A DNA stretch of 64,000 nt from Vicinamibacterales bacterium (lineage in GTDB: Bacteria > Acidobacteriota > Vicinamibacteria > Vicinamibacterales > UBA8438), in the NCBI GenBank assembly GCA_965202695.1, contig OZ241843.1, positions 436,781-500,780 on the forward strand, written 5' to 3'. Below are positions 29,028 to 39,211 of this stretch, piece after piece (position 1 is the first letter of the stretch; each line of letters opens with the position of its first letter). Under the pieces are notes generated by a model, which saw only the letters and a program-made list of their open reading frames with translations, made no database searches and was not told the DNA's origin. Both the position numbers and the translations under genes were made by a program.

Positions 29028-29351
29028 CGCGCCGTTCCGCGGGCGGCGCCGAAGAGCGCCGACGATGATCCCGGGAGCTTGCATCCCGACCACGCCGCAA
29101 TTACGATTGTCGAGACTCCTCTGATTGGGGCATGGCAGGGAAGCCTTCGTCGAGCTTCCGACCAGAAGCCTTGCGAGACACGCTTACAACTGTCGCGACA
29201 AGGTTCTTTCCGAAAAACGGCAAACGAATCGAGTTGGTGGCGTTCGCCGATGGAGTATCGACGGACTTGCAGGTGCGATCCGATCGGATCCACCGGATCG
29301 ACGAATTCGCGGACAACGTGCGCAAGGAGTGACGGCAGGGAGGAACAGCCG

Positions 29352-30329
29352 ATGTCGATGAAACGTTTCGCGGGGCTCTTCGTCGTGGTCCTCACGTCTC
29401 TCGCGGGGTGCGGCGGCGGCGCGCCGGTGGAGGAGGATGCGGCGGCCGGCGACGCGGCCGAGGCCAACCCGATGGACCGGTTCGCCGGCGCGTGGTCGCT
29501 GGTGCGCAGCGAGCGCCGCGGCGACCTCGGCGCGCTGATCGGCGAGCCGCGCGAAGACCGGGTGGGCTACCTCATGTACGACGCCACCGGCCACATGGCG
29601 GTGGCCCTGATGAACCCCGGCCGGGAGCCGTACTCCGAGGGCGGGCCGACCGCCGACGAGGCCCTGGCCCAGTGGGGCAGCTACTCGTCCTACTTCGGGC
29701 GCTACAGCGTGAACGAGGCCGAAGGCTACGTCACCCACCACCTCGAGGGCAGCCTGAACCCGGGCGGCGCGGGGTCGGACTATCAGCGGTTCTTCACCTT
29801 CGAGGGAGACAACCTGATTCTGCAGCCGCCCGCGAGCGAGGACGGGTCGCAGTCGCACATCATCTGGGAGCGCCTGCCCGACCTGCCGGAGTCGGAGCTC
29901 ACCGACACCCACCGGCGGCTCTTCGGCTTCTACCGCGTCGAGTCGGTGACGCGGGAGACCGGCGACGGCGAGCCGCTGCCGGCCGACCAGTACGAGACGG
30001 CGTACATCGCCTACGCGCCGTCGGGACACATGTCGGTGCATCTGATGCGGGCCGGGCGCGAAACCTGGGCGGGCGACGAGCCGACGGCGGAGGAGGCGCT
30101 GGCCGCCGTGGAGTCCTACGGCAGCTACTTCGGTCCGTTCTGGATCGAGGAAGGTTCGTATTTCGTTCACAATCGGATCGGCAACGAGGACCCGGGCCAG
30201 TCCGGCACCGACGCGCAGCGCTTCTACGAGCTGACCGACACGCACCTCGTCCTGATGCCGCCTCCGTCGACCGACGCCGAGGGACGGACGGTGCGGAGCA
30301 CCATACGCTGGGCCCGCATCAGCGGGTGA
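29352..30329 (+). CDS. Lipoprotein with two lipocalin-like domains
   Basis: Lipobox LAGC; duplicated domain (GAWSLV/GFYRVE, GHMAV/GHMSV, YSSYFG/YGSYFG, QRFF/QRFY). Confidence 0.8.
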   Translation: MSMKRFAGLFVVVLTSLAGCGGGAPVEEDAAAGDAAEANPMDRFAGAWSLVRSERRGDLGALIGEPREDRVGYLMYDATGHMAVALMNPGREPYSEGGPTADEALAQWGSYSSYFGRYSVNEAEGYVTHHLEGSLNPGGAGSDYQRFFTFEGDNLILQPPASEDGSQSHIIWERLPDLPESELTDTHRRLFGFYRVESVTRETGDGEPLPADQYETAYIAYAPSGHMSVHLMRAGRETWAGDEPTAEEALAAVESYGSYFGPFWIEEGSYFVHNRIGNEDPGQSGTDAQRFYELTDTHLVLMPPPSTDAEGRTVRSTIRWARISG

Positions 30330-30364
30330 GCGGGGCGTTTCACCACGGGCGGTCAGGAGGACTC

Positions 30365-31726
30365 ATGCGCGGTACGGCGCTCACCGGCTTCGCCCTGCTC
30401 CCGTTGCTCGCGGCCGGAGCGGCCGCCCCGGCGGGGGCCCAGCCGGGCCAGTGGCCCGGGTTCCGCGGCCCGAACGCCGGCGCGGTGGCCGACGACCCGC
30501 GGCTGCCCGAGACCTGGAGCGAGACCGAGAACGTCGTCTGGGTCGTCGACGTGCCCGGCCTCGGCTGGAGCTCGCCCGTCGTCTGGGACGACCACGTCTT
30601 CCTGACCACCGCGGTCAGCGCCGGCGAGGAGCGGCCGCCGCGGCCGGGGCTGTACGACCCCGGGGCCGACTTCGGGGCCGTCCCGGCCGCGGCCGAACAC
30701 CGGTGGCTCGTCTACGACGTCGCCTTCTCGACGGGGGAGGTCCGCTGGGTGCGCGAGCTGCGCGCCGCGACGCCGGCCATCGAGCGGCACGTCAAGAACA
30801 GCTTCGCGTCCGAGACCCCGGTGACCGACGGCGAACGGGTCTACGCGTACTTCGGGGCCATCGGGCTCGTGGCCGCCCTCGACTTCGCGGGCGACGTGGT
30901 CTGGACCCGCGAGGTCGGCGTCTTCAACGGCTGGCAGCGGTTCGGCACCGCGGCCTCGCCGGCCCTGCACGACGGCCGGCTGTACGTCGTCAACGACAAC
31001 ACGACCGGGTCGTTCCTGCTCGCCCTCGACGCCCGCACCGGCGACGAGGCGTGGCGGGTCGAACGCGACGAGAACGAGAACTGGTCGAGCCCGTTCGTCT
31101 GGGAGAACGACCTGCGGACCGAGATCGTCACCGCGGGCCGCCGCCGGGTACGGTCCTACGGCCTCGACGGACGTCTGCTGTGGGAGATCGGCGGCATGAC
31201 CGTCAACGTCGTCCCGACCCCGTTCGCCCGCGGCGGGCTGGTCTACGTCAGTTCGGGGTACCCCGGCGGGATGCCGCGGCCGGTCTACGCGGTGCGCGCC
31301 GGCGCCTCGGGCGACGTCTCGCTCGCGCCCGGCGAGAGCGGGAACGACTACGTGGTCTGGTACCAGCCGATGCTGGGAACCTACAACACGTCGGCCCTGG
31401 TCTACGAGGGCGCCTACTACACGCTGCTCGACCGGGGGTTCCTGCTGAGCCACGACGCCCGGACCGGCCGCGAGATATACGGCCGCACCCGCGTCCGGCC
31501 CGGCACGGGGTTCACCGCCTCGCCGTGGGCCTACAACGGCCGGGTGTTCCTGCTCGGCGAGGACGGCGACACGTTCGTGGTCCGGGCCGGACCGGAGTTC
31601 GAGCTGCTCGGCACGAACTCGCTGAACGAGATGGCCCTCGCCACGCCCGCGGTCGTGCGCGGCAGCCTGATCCTGCGGACCCGGTCGAAGCTCTACCGCA
31701 TCAGCCGCGCCGCCGGCGGCCCCTGA
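30365..31726 (+). CDS. Secreted PQQ-like beta-propeller protein
   Basis: WPGFRGPNAG, GLGWSSPVVW, NSFASETPVTDG, ATPAVVRGSLILRT. Confidence 0.88.
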   Translation: MRGTALTGFALLPLLAAGAAAPAGAQPGQWPGFRGPNAGAVADDPRLPETWSETENVVWVVDVPGLGWSSPVVWDDHVFLTTAVSAGEERPPRPGLYDPGADFGAVPAAAEHRWLVYDVAFSTGEVRWVRELRAATPAIERHVKNSFASETPVTDGERVYAYFGAIGLVAALDFAGDVVWTREVGVFNGWQRFGTAASPALHDGRLYVVNDNTTGSFLLALDARTGDEAWRVERDENENWSSPFVWENDLRTEIVTAGRRRVRSYGLDGRLLWEIGGMTVNVVPTPFARGGLVYVSSGYPGGMPRPVYAVRAGASGDVSLAPGESGNDYVVWYQPMLGTYNTSALVYEGAYYTLLDRGFLLSHDARTGREIYGRTRVRPGTGFTASPWAYNGRVFLLGEDGDTFVVRAGPEFELLGTNSLNEMALATPAVVRGSLILRTRSKLYRISRAAGGP

Positions 31727-31741
31727 CCGCCGCCCTCCCCG

Positions 31742-33250
31742 TCATCGCTTCGCGCGGGCCTCTGCGCCGGGGGCGCCGGGCCGGCCGCCCAGGATCGCGA
31801 GGTCCCGGGCGTCGGGAGCGCGGGGCCGGCCGCCCAGGATCACGTCGCCGACCGAACCTTCCACCGTCGGGTCGAGGCCGGTGGCGCGGGCGAACAGGAC
31901 CGCGTCGCCGCTGCCCAGCCCGCAGGGCGAGAGTCCGAGCTCGGTCGCCGCCAGGTACAGGGTCTGGTACAGCACCCCGGTGTTGCGGAGGGTCGTGGCG
32001 TAGCAGATCGATTTGTACTTCCAGGTCACCCGGGCGAAACGCGCGGCGATGACGAGCACGATCTGCGGATCGGCCTGGTTGGCGCTGGCCACGTGCGCAT
32101 CCGCGAAGAACCGCTCGACGTCCCGCGTGCGGCCCGCGATCCGCACCAGCGCGTGCCCGGCCGCGTCGTAGTGGTACAGGCCCGGCTCCAGGCCGTCGCA
32201 GCGGTCGACGACCGGATAGATCTCCAGCTCGTAGCTCGCCCCGCCGTTCGGATAGGGGCGGCGCGTGAGCTCGAACGGGGCGGTCCGGCCGGCGGCGTTG
32301 CCCACCTCGACGACCACGGAGGAGCGGATGCGGGCCGCGCGGTCGAGCAGCGCCCCGAGATCGTCCCGCGATATCGGGTGCGCCTCGTCGTAGTACCGCT
32401 CGGACCGGCGCCGTTCGAGCACGGCCGCGAACGATTCCCCGCCGGCGGGGGCGCGGGCGAGGGGGATCGGCGTCCCGGGCCACGGCGGGCGCGCCGCCGG
32501 CAGCGGCTCGATCTCGCCGATGAACGAGAACCCGGCGCCGAGCGGGTCGCGGTGCCAGCCGCCGCGGCTGTGGGCGTGGAACAGCAGATCGTGGAACTCC
32601 CATTGCGCCAGCGCGTCGCGCCGCGCGGCGTCCGGCCCCGGTTCCGCCGCCGTCCCGTCGGATTTGCCGGTGGCGGGCGGCGGCGCGGACCGCGCGCCGG
32701 CGGGCGGTTGCCGCGTTTCCAGAAACCCCGCGGCGGCGAGCGCGCGGCGGACGATCGGAGCGTCGAGCGCCGCGAGGCGGTCGAACCGGAAGCGCGCCCC
32801 CGCCAGCGGCGACTCGAGGAGCCACGCGCCGCCGTCGCGCCGGATGCAGGCGAAGCGGTCGAGCGGCGCATCGGGTGCGGCCGGGGCCAGCGCGGGCGTG
32901 AACGACGGCCGTTGCGGCACGATGACCGCGGGTTCGTCCGCCGCGTCGACCAGCGGGAATTCGACGAATCCCGCCCCGCACAGCCGCTGCAGCCAGACGA
33001 GGTAGAAGGCGGCGCGCGCGCCGCCGCCGGCGGCGATGACCGTGTCGCGCAACGCGGCGAGCGGCGCGCCGGCGGCGAGCCGGGCGTTGGCCGCCTCGAA
33101 ATCCGGCGCATGCGGACCGAGGACCGCCGGCGCCGGCAGGTCCGGACCCTCGGCGACGAACGAGGCGCCGTCGGCGGACCGCCCGAGGGTCCATCCGGAA
33201 CGGAGGCGCACGCGGATCGCCGGCTCCCGCACGAGGTCGAGGAAAGTCAT
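31742..33250 (-). CDS. SagB/ThcOx-family FMN-dependent azoline dehydrogenase
   Basis: QWEFHDLLFHAHSRGG, LERRRSER, RPYPNGGASYELEIY, GLYHYD, RFARVTWKY (Lys-Tyr), GVLYQTLYLAAT, CGLGSG. Confidence 0.92.
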   Translation of the reverse strand: MTFLDLVREPAIRVRLRSGWTLGRSADGASFVAEGPDLPAPAVLGPHAPDFEAANARLAAGAPLAALRDTVIAAGGGARAAFYLVWLQRLCGAGFVEFPLVDAADEPAVIVPQRPSFTPALAPAAPDAPLDRFACIRRDGGAWLLESPLAGARFRFDRLAALDAPIVRRALAAAGFLETRQPPAGARSAPPPATGKSDGTAAEPGPDAARRDALAQWEFHDLLFHAHSRGGWHRDPLGAGFSFIGEIEPLPAARPPWPGTPIPLARAPAGGESFAAVLERRRSERYYDEAHPISRDDLGALLDRAARIRSSVVVEVGNAAGRTAPFELTRRPYPNGGASYELEIYPVVDRCDGLEPGLYHYDAAGHALVRIAGRTRDVERFFADAHVASANQADPQIVLVIAARFARVTWKYKSICYATTLRNTGVLYQTLYLAATELGLSPCGLGSGDAVLFARATGLDPTVEGSVGDVILGGRPRAPDARDLAILGGRPGAPGAEARAKR

Positions 33251-33258
33251 GCCGTCCG

Positions 33259-35607
33259 TCAGATGAAGACCGACACCGGGTTGAGGTCGGCCTCCGCGGT
33301 GGGGGTCTCGCGCCATCCCATCCGGACCGGCACGTCGTACAGCCGCCCCGGCCCGAAGCGCGGCCAGAAGTGCCGCAGTCCCGGCACCAGGGTCCTGGTC
33401 ACCGGCAAGCCGACGTCCGGCCGGGTCTGGTCGAGCACGAGGAACTCCAGCCCCAGGCCCTCGACCCGCGCGCGGCACAGCTCCACGTCGTCCCGCAGGT
33501 CCGTCGTCGCCGGAACCGGGTAGTCCGCGGCGCCGCGCCGCGCCGCGCCGCCGGCCGGCGCCAGCCAGCGGTGGTCGGCGAGCCGGGCGGTCCGCCACCA
33601 CCGGAGACTCTCCGGGTCGTCGAAGAGGTACCCGCGGCCGTCGCCGTCCACGTCCCGGACCGCCGGCAGCGACTGGTTCAACTCGGTCACCGCCCGCAGC
33701 GCCGCGATGCGCGGGTCCAGGTGGGCGCCGGCCGAGAACAGGATGTCCTCGGCCTCCTTGTCGGTGCGCCGCGAGACGGAGACGAAGACCGGGATGCCGA
33801 GGTCGCTGGTGACGTCCAGCACCCACAGTTCGCGGTGGACCGCGGCGTAGTAGTCGCGCGCGCCGGCCAGCCAGGCGTCGCCGAAGCTGTCCAGGTCCAC
33901 CTCGGGGAGCGCGATCCGGTTGTACCACCAGCAGGCGAACGCGTCGCGCTCGACCAGCTCGAAGAACCCCTGCAGAATCGCTTCCTCGCGCGTGTTGCCG
34001 GCCGCGCAGCCGTTCGAGTCGGGGCCGCAGGAGGCCTTCCCTTTCTCGATCGGCGGGCCGTAGTAGAGCATCTGGGTGGGCAGGTACCGGCGGCGGTCGG
34101 CGGTGAGCGACCAGACCGGCGTCCAGTCCATCTCCGCCGCCGGGTCGAAGCGCACCGGCACGCGGTTGAAGCGCTCCTTGCGCGCGTTGATCTCCCGCGC
34201 GCGGTCGTACTGCGCTTCGCTGTAGCGCATGACGTCGTTGGGGTGTATCGCCTCCCCGTCCGCGAAGTCCTCGAAGCGCGCGCGGCGGCGGATCTCGTCA
34301 CCGTGGTAGACGCCGGAGTAGCGTTCGATCGCCTCGCAGAGCGCGCTCGCCTCCGCCTGCTCCGGCGTGGCGCCCTTGCCCGAGCTCTTGCTCCGCAGGC
34401 TGTTGCGCAACAGGAACAGCGAATCGGTCCGCAAGCCCAGATTGCTCCCCGCCCACCAGACGTGCAGCCAGGAATCGGCCGCGTCGGTGATGCGCTGCAG
34501 CCCCGTCACCACCCCGCTGACCGGGCTGACCAGATGCCGGTACCGGCGCACCGTCTCGGCCGGCGGCACCGACCGCTGCCCGCCGCTGCCGAAGACCGGC
34601 TTGGGGCTCGGCCCGAGCCGGACCGGGGCGTCCGGCCGGTCGGGGCGGTGGAGCGCGGGGTCGCCGCAGACCCGGCACTGCGGCCGGCGCATGACCGGGT
34701 GGCGGTCGACGCCCGGCCCGTGGCAGTCGACCGCAATCGCATGGCGGTGCAGCGGGGCCTGCTCGCCGAGAACCACCCAGCGGACGATTTCGGCTGCCGC
34801 CAGGCCCACCGCCGCGTTCGAGAAGGGCGGCAGGACGGCGCGCGGCCGGATCGCGGCGGCGTCGTCGCCGGCGGCGGCGCGCAGGAAGGTCTCGACCTCG
34901 TCGTTGGCGCGCAGGCGGTGCGCCAGGCATTCCCAGCAGGGCGCGCCGTCTTCCCCCGGCCGGAAGACCGGCCCGAAGAGCGGCCGGACGCCGTGCGGCT
35001 GGACCAGCACCCACGGGACGCCGGAGGCGCGGTGGCGCCGGTTGGCGGCGGCGTGCTCCGGGTCCAGATAATGGGAAGTGGCGGCCACCGCGAGGGTCGG
35101 CTCGCCGGCCGTGACGGTCAGCCGCGCCGCCTCGAGCGCCGCGCCGAGGCGGCCGTCGCCGTCCCCGGCCACCGCGACCCGGGCCGCGCCCAGCCGTTCT
35201 TCCGCCGCGCGGGGCGAGACCCCCGCCGCGCTCCAGAACGCGGCGGCGGCGCGCGGCATGGCGAACTCGGCCGAGACGACGTGGCCTTTCGAGGCGAGGG
35301 AGACGAGCGCGGTCTGCACCTCGATCCGCCCGTGGCGATCGGCCAGCGCGGCGGCGATCTCGTGGCGCGAGCGGGCGCCGTCGACGAGCGGCAGCAGGTC
35401 GACGTACCGCCGCCCGTACAGTATCGTGCTGCCGATCTCGGAAACCAGCAGCACGGCATCGTCGCCGACCGGACGCGCCTCCAGATGCGGGGCCAGCAAC
35501 GGCGTCTCGACGAGACCGCGGTCGGCGGCGGTGGTGTGAGTCAACGCCCGGGCCGGAACGTCCGCGGGGTCGGCCGCGGCCGGTTTGCCGGTGTCGAACC
35601 GTTCCAC
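33259..35607 (-). CDS. Fused RRE/E1-YcaO cyclodehydratase (TruD/PatD-like)
   Basis: PLFGPVF, CWECLAHRL, RRPQCRVCG; HLVSPVSGVV, SSGKG, EAIERYS, SNGCAAG, ELVERDA, RAVTELNQ, PGLRHFWPRFGPGRLYDVP. Confidence 0.93.
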   Translation of the reverse strand: MERFDTGKPAAADPADVPARALTHTTAADRGLVETPLLAPHLEARPVGDDAVLLVSEIGSTILYGRRYVDLLPLVDGARSRHEIAAALADRHGRIEVQTALVSLASKGHVVSAEFAMPRAAAAFWSAAGVSPRAAEERLGAARVAVAGDGDGRLGAALEAARLTVTAGEPTLAVAATSHYLDPEHAAANRRHRASGVPWVLVQPHGVRPLFGPVFRPGEDGAPCWECLAHRLRANDEVETFLRAAAGDDAAAIRPRAVLPPFSNAAVGLAAAEIVRWVVLGEQAPLHRHAIAVDCHGPGVDRHPVMRRPQCRVCGDPALHRPDRPDAPVRLGPSPKPVFGSGGQRSVPPAETVRRYRHLVSPVSGVVTGLQRITDAADSWLHVWWAGSNLGLRTDSLFLLRNSLRSKSSGKGATPEQAEASALCEAIERYSGVYHGDEIRRRARFEDFADGEAIHPNDVMRYSEAQYDRAREINARKERFNRVPVRFDPAAEMDWTPVWSLTADRRRYLPTQMLYYGPPIEKGKASCGPDSNGCAAGNTREEAILQGFFELVERDAFACWWYNRIALPEVDLDSFGDAWLAGARDYYAAVHRELWVLDVTSDLGIPVFVSVSRRTDKEAEDILFSAGAHLDPRIAALRAVTELNQSLPAVRDVDGDGRGYLFDDPESLRWWRTARLADHRWLAPAGGAARRGAADYPVPATTDLRDDVELCRARVEGLGLEFLVLDQTRPDVGLPVTRTLVPGLRHFWPRFGPGRLYDVPVRMGWRETPTAEADLNPVSVFI

Positions 35608-35701
35608 GATCTGCTCGCGATCCGCCCGAATGCGCGCGGGCGGGAAGCGGCCGGGCAGGCGGTCACGCGAAGGACGCGCGCCGCCCCCCGGCCGGACGGC
35701 G

Positions 35702-36025
35702 TCAACTCATGGTCGAAATGGTGCTGATCAGGCAGAACGAGCACTTGGGGCCGAAGCTGATGCCGCCGGCGACCGTTGCGAGGTCCTCGTCCGCCAGGAC
35801 CTCGTTCGGGTCGGGAGGCATGATGAAGTTGAAGGTTTCCGCCGTGTTCGCGACGATCCGCACGTCGCGATCCGAAGGCATGCAGATGCCGTGCTCGGAC
35901 AGCACGGTGCGGGCGTCCTTCTCCGCCCGTGCGCGCAGTTCCGGATCTTCCTGGCACTTCCGGGTGAAGTCGACGAACGGCGCCATCTCGGCGGACTTCG
36001 CAAGGGTGTCGAGGTTGTTCATCAT
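35702..36025 (-). CDS. NHLP-leader RiPP precursor P1 (core ISFGPKCSFCLISTISTMS)
   Basis: NHLP-like leader ending LADEDLATVAGG; Cys/Ser/Thr-rich core. Confidence 0.9.
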   Translation of the reverse strand: MMNNLDTLAKSAEMAPFVDFTRKCQEDPELRARAEKDARTVLSEHGICMPSDRDVRIVANTAETFNFIMPPDPNEVLADEDLATVAGGISFGPKCSFCLISTISTMS

Positions 36026-36115
36026 TGCCGGTTTCCTGGGAGCATGGGGGGGTGCGGCCACGGCCGCGGGCGGCGGTCACGCGAAGGACGCGCGCCGCCC
36101 CCCGGCCGGACGGCG

Positions 36116-36442
36116 TCAACTGAAGGTCGAAATGGTGCTGATCAGGCAGAACGAGGTCTTGGCCTGGGTGCTGCTGATGCCGCCGGCGACCGTTGCGAGG
36201 TCCTCGTCCGCCAGGACCTCGTTCGGGTCGGGAGGCATGATGAAGTTGAAGGTTTCCGCCGTCTGCGCAACGATCCGCACGTCGCGATCCGGCGGCATGC
36301 AGATGCCGTGCTCGGCCAGCACGGCGCGGGGGTCCGCCTCTGCCCGTGCGCGCAGTTCCGGATCTTCCTGATACTTCCGGGTGAAGTCGACGAACGGCTC
36401 AATTTCGCCGGACTCCGCGAGGGTGTCGAGGTTGTTCATCAT
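36116..36442 (-). CDS. NHLP-leader RiPP precursor P2 (core ISSTQAKTSFCLISTISTFS)
   Basis: AGGAGG RBS; leader ending DLATVAGG; close paralog of P1. Confidence 0.9.
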   Translation of the reverse strand: MMNNLDTLAESGEIEPFVDFTRKYQEDPELRARAEADPRAVLAEHGICMPPDRDVRIVAQTAETFNFIMPPDPNEVLADEDLATVAGGISSTQAKTSFCLISTISTFS

Positions 36443-36524
36443 TGCCGGCCTCCTGGGAACATAGATGATACGGCCACGGCCGCGGTCACGCGAAGGACGC
36501 GCGCCACCCTCCGACCGGTTGGCG

Positions 36525-36848
36525 TCAACTATAGCACAGGACGCAACTGATCAGGGTGGACGCGGTCTTGTTGGCTCTGCTGTCGGTGGAGAAGCCGCCG
36601 GCGACCGCGCCGAGGTCCTCTTCCGCCAGGGCGACGTTCGGGTCGGGAGGCATGACGACGTGGAAGGTCTCCGCCGTGTTCGCGACGACCCGCACGTCAC
36701 GCCCGGGCGGCATGCGGATGCCGTGCTCGGACAGCACGGCGCGGGGTTCCGCCTCCGCCCGTGCGCGCAGTCCCGGACTTTCCTGGTACTTCCGGGTGAA
36801 ATCGACGAACTGCGACAAATCGCCGACGGTGTCGATGGTGTCCATCAT
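36525..36848 (-). CDS. NHLP-leader RiPP precursor P3 (core FSTDSRANKTASTLISCVLCYS)
   Basis: AAGGAGG RBS; leader ending DLGAVAGG. Confidence 0.9.
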   Translation of the reverse strand: MMDTIDTVGDLSQFVDFTRKYQESPGLRARAEAEPRAVLSEHGIRMPPGRDVRVVANTAETFHVVMPPDPNVALAEEDLGAVAGGFSTDSRANKTASTLISCVLCYS

Positions 36849-36941
36849 TGCCGGCCTCCTTTGGCGACGGGTGCGCAGCATATCACGACCGCGGAAGCCC
36901 ACGCAACCGGCGCTGGGACGCGGGCATTCCGCCAGGGGCGG

Positions 36942-38393
36942 TCATGCCGTTTCTTCCGCGTCGGCGAAGGCGCAGACCGGCTCGATCAGCACGCCCCGGC
37001 GCCAGAGCGCGGTCACGTCCCTGCGCAGGAAGCGGGACTCGATCGCCGGCCGGCGGGCGAAGTCCCGCACCACGTCGTCCACCCGCGCCCCGCCGCGGAA
37101 GGCGCCGGCGAGGGCCGGCAGGTGGCCCAGGTCGCGGCCCGACCGGAACGTCACCCCGTACCCGTGCCCGTGCCCGGACGCGCGGATCCGGCCGGGACTC
37201 TCCCGGAGCGGCGCCACCGCCACTCCGCGCTGGAGCGCGAGCCGCGCCGGCGGGTCCGGCGTCATGTGGCGGGAGACCAGGCGGTCGATCGCGCGCGCGA
37301 AGTCCCCGCCGCTCCCGAAGCGTTCCTCACCGAAGACGACGTAGCCGTCCGGCCAGCGGTCGGAACAGGGTTCGGGCGAGATCAGGCGCACCCGGCCCAC
37401 GACCGGCTCGATCAGGAACCCGGACACCGAGGCCACCGTCCGGTGCGCGAAATTCTCGGGGTCGAGCCCCGACAGGCGCAGCTTGTTCCGCTCGTGCGCC
37501 GCCAGCTCCGGCCGCCGCCGGGCCGCCGTGCGGGCATGCCCGACCTCCGCCAGCGCCAGGATCGATTCGCGGTTCGCCGGGGCGACCTCCACGTCGGCGA
37601 GCTCCCCGGCGGAGAACTCCGCGTGGATCTGCTCCAGCCGCCGCCGGGTGACCACCGAGAAGCGCACCACGGAGTACGGGTATTCGCGGGGCCGCGCCGC
37701 CGCCAGCAGGCGCCGGGTGCGGGCGGGGTCGGCGACCGCCGCCGCCGTCGTCGTGCTCGGATACCGTCCCAGGAGCCGCCGGAAGACCTCCGCGTACGCC
37801 TCGTAGTCCGGATGGTCCAGCGGATCGGTGGCCCAGTACAGAATGCCCCGCACCGCGCTCGCGCCGAACGGCTCCCGGAGCGTGTCCAGCATCCGTTCCC
37901 AAGCCGCCAGATCCGTCGGCAGCACCCCGCTCAGCGGCTGCGCGGAGACGCCGCAGAACCAGCAGCGGTGGGAACAGCCCCGGGTCAGCTCGACGGCGAA
38001 CGGCAGGTGCGGGTTCACCGCGGCGCCGTCCGCGCCCTGCGCGAAGGCGAACCGCGTGCGCTGCCGCGCCCGCCACGACCGGTAGGACTCGCAGGCCCCG
38101 CCGTCGTCGGCGAAGAAGTCCGCGTAGGCCTGCACGCGCTGGTTGAGGAGACCCCAGGCGCGGGCCTCCGGGGTCCGTTCGTCGCACCGCGCGCCCGCGC
38201 GCCACACGAAGGCGAGGGCCTCGGGGTCGAGGTCGAGGCCCAGGGCGCCGACGGCCGCGCCGGGGTCCTCGCGCAAGGAGGCGCGGAAGCGGTCGTCCCC
38301 CGTCCAGCGTTCGCGGAAACGCTTCACCTGCGCGAGGATCCGCCCGCCGCCGTCCGGCATCCCGCTGCTCACGATCCGGGGTCCCGATTCCAT
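36942..38393 (-). CDS. PoyD/OspD-like radical SAM peptide epimerase homolog 1 (TVAS variant)
   Basis: KRFRERW, PFAVELTRGCSHRCWFCGVSA, YWATDPLDHPDYE, TVASVSGFL, ISPEPCSDRWPDGY. Confidence 0.85.
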   Translation of the reverse strand: MESGPRIVSSGMPDGGGRILAQVKRFRERWTGDDRFRASLREDPGAAVGALGLDLDPEALAFVWRAGARCDERTPEARAWGLLNQRVQAYADFFADDGGACESYRSWRARQRTRFAFAQGADGAAVNPHLPFAVELTRGCSHRCWFCGVSAQPLSGVLPTDLAAWERMLDTLREPFGASAVRGILYWATDPLDHPDYEAYAEVFRRLLGRYPSTTTAAAVADPARTRRLLAAARPREYPYSVVRFSVVTRRRLEQIHAEFSAGELADVEVAPANRESILALAEVGHARTAARRRPELAAHERNKLRLSGLDPENFAHRTVASVSGFLIEPVVGRVRLISPEPCSDRWPDGYVVFGEERFGSGGDFARAIDRLVSRHMTPDPPARLALQRGVAVAPLRESPGRIRASGHGHGYGVTFRSGRDLGHLPALAGAFRGGARVDDVVRDFARRPAIESRFLRRDVTALWRRGVLIEPVCAFADAEETA

Positions 38394-38464
38394 CGCCCTC
38401 GCGGACGAGAAGCGGCCGGGCGGCGGTCACGCGAAGGGCGCGCGCCGCCCCCGGCCGAAGGGCA

Positions 38465-38785
38465 TCAACTGAAGCTCATGATGCAACTGATGATGCACGA
38501 CGCGGTCTTGGGGCCGGTGCTGCCGCCGGAGACCGCCACGAGGTCCTCGTCCGCCAGAACCGCGTTCGGGTCGGGAGGCATGACGAAGTTGTAGGTCTCC
38601 GCCGTGTTCGCAGCGATCCGCACGTCCTGACCCGGCGGCACCTGGATGCCGTGCTCGGACAGCACGGCGCGGGGTTCCACGTCCGCCCGTGCGCGCAGAT
38701 CCGGGCTTCCCTGGTACTTCCGGGTGAAGTCGACGAAATGCTGCAGTTCGCCGGACGCTACGTGGGCCTCGAGGGTGTTCAGCAT
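38465..38785 (-). CDS. NHLP-leader RiPP precursor P4 (core STGPKTASCIISCIMSFS)
   Basis: AAGGAGG RBS; leader ending DLVAVSGG. Confidence 0.9.
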   Translation of the reverse strand: MLNTLEAHVASGELQHFVDFTRKYQGSPDLRARADVEPRAVLSEHGIQVPPGQDVRIAANTAETYNFVMPPDPNAVLADEDLVAVSGGSTGPKTASCIISCIMSFS

Positions 38786-38885
38786 GTTGGCCTCCTTTAC
38801 TGGTGACGGGCAATAAGCATATCACGACCACGGAGTCCCAGGCAACCCCATCGGACATGGAGACACGGAAATTCCACACGGGCCG

Positions 38886-39099
38886 TCATGCCGTCTCTTC
38901 CGCGTCGGCGTCGGCGCAGGCGCCGACCGGTTCGATCAGCACGCCCTGCCGCCACGGACAGGCCGCGTCCGGGTACCTCCCGGATACGACGGGCCGGCAG
39001 CGGCGGCGGTCGGCGGCGGTGCGCGTCAAACGCCCGCGTCAAACGCCCGCGTCAAACGCCCGCGGGGCTTGCCGCCTTGCCGGTGTCGAACCGTTCCAC
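38886..39099 (-). pseudogene. Fossil fusion of a YcaO 5' end and a radical SAM 3' end
   Basis: Starts VERFDTGK like the gene at 35607; ends WRQGVLIEPVGACADADAEETA* like the rSAM genes; early stop; 13-bp tandem x3. Confidence 0.75.
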
Positions 39100-39211
39100 C
39101 ACGGTCTGCTCGCGGTCGGTCCGAATGCGATGGGGCAGGCGAGGACCGGCCGGGCGGCGGTCACGCGAAGGACGGCGCGCCGCCCCGGCCGGAGGTCATC
39201 AGGAGAGGCCG

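Noticed and set aside
31779-31844. Short duplication (ILGGRP twice) at the dehydrogenase C-terminus
   Set aside because: Outside the catalytic region; probably a neutral tail extension
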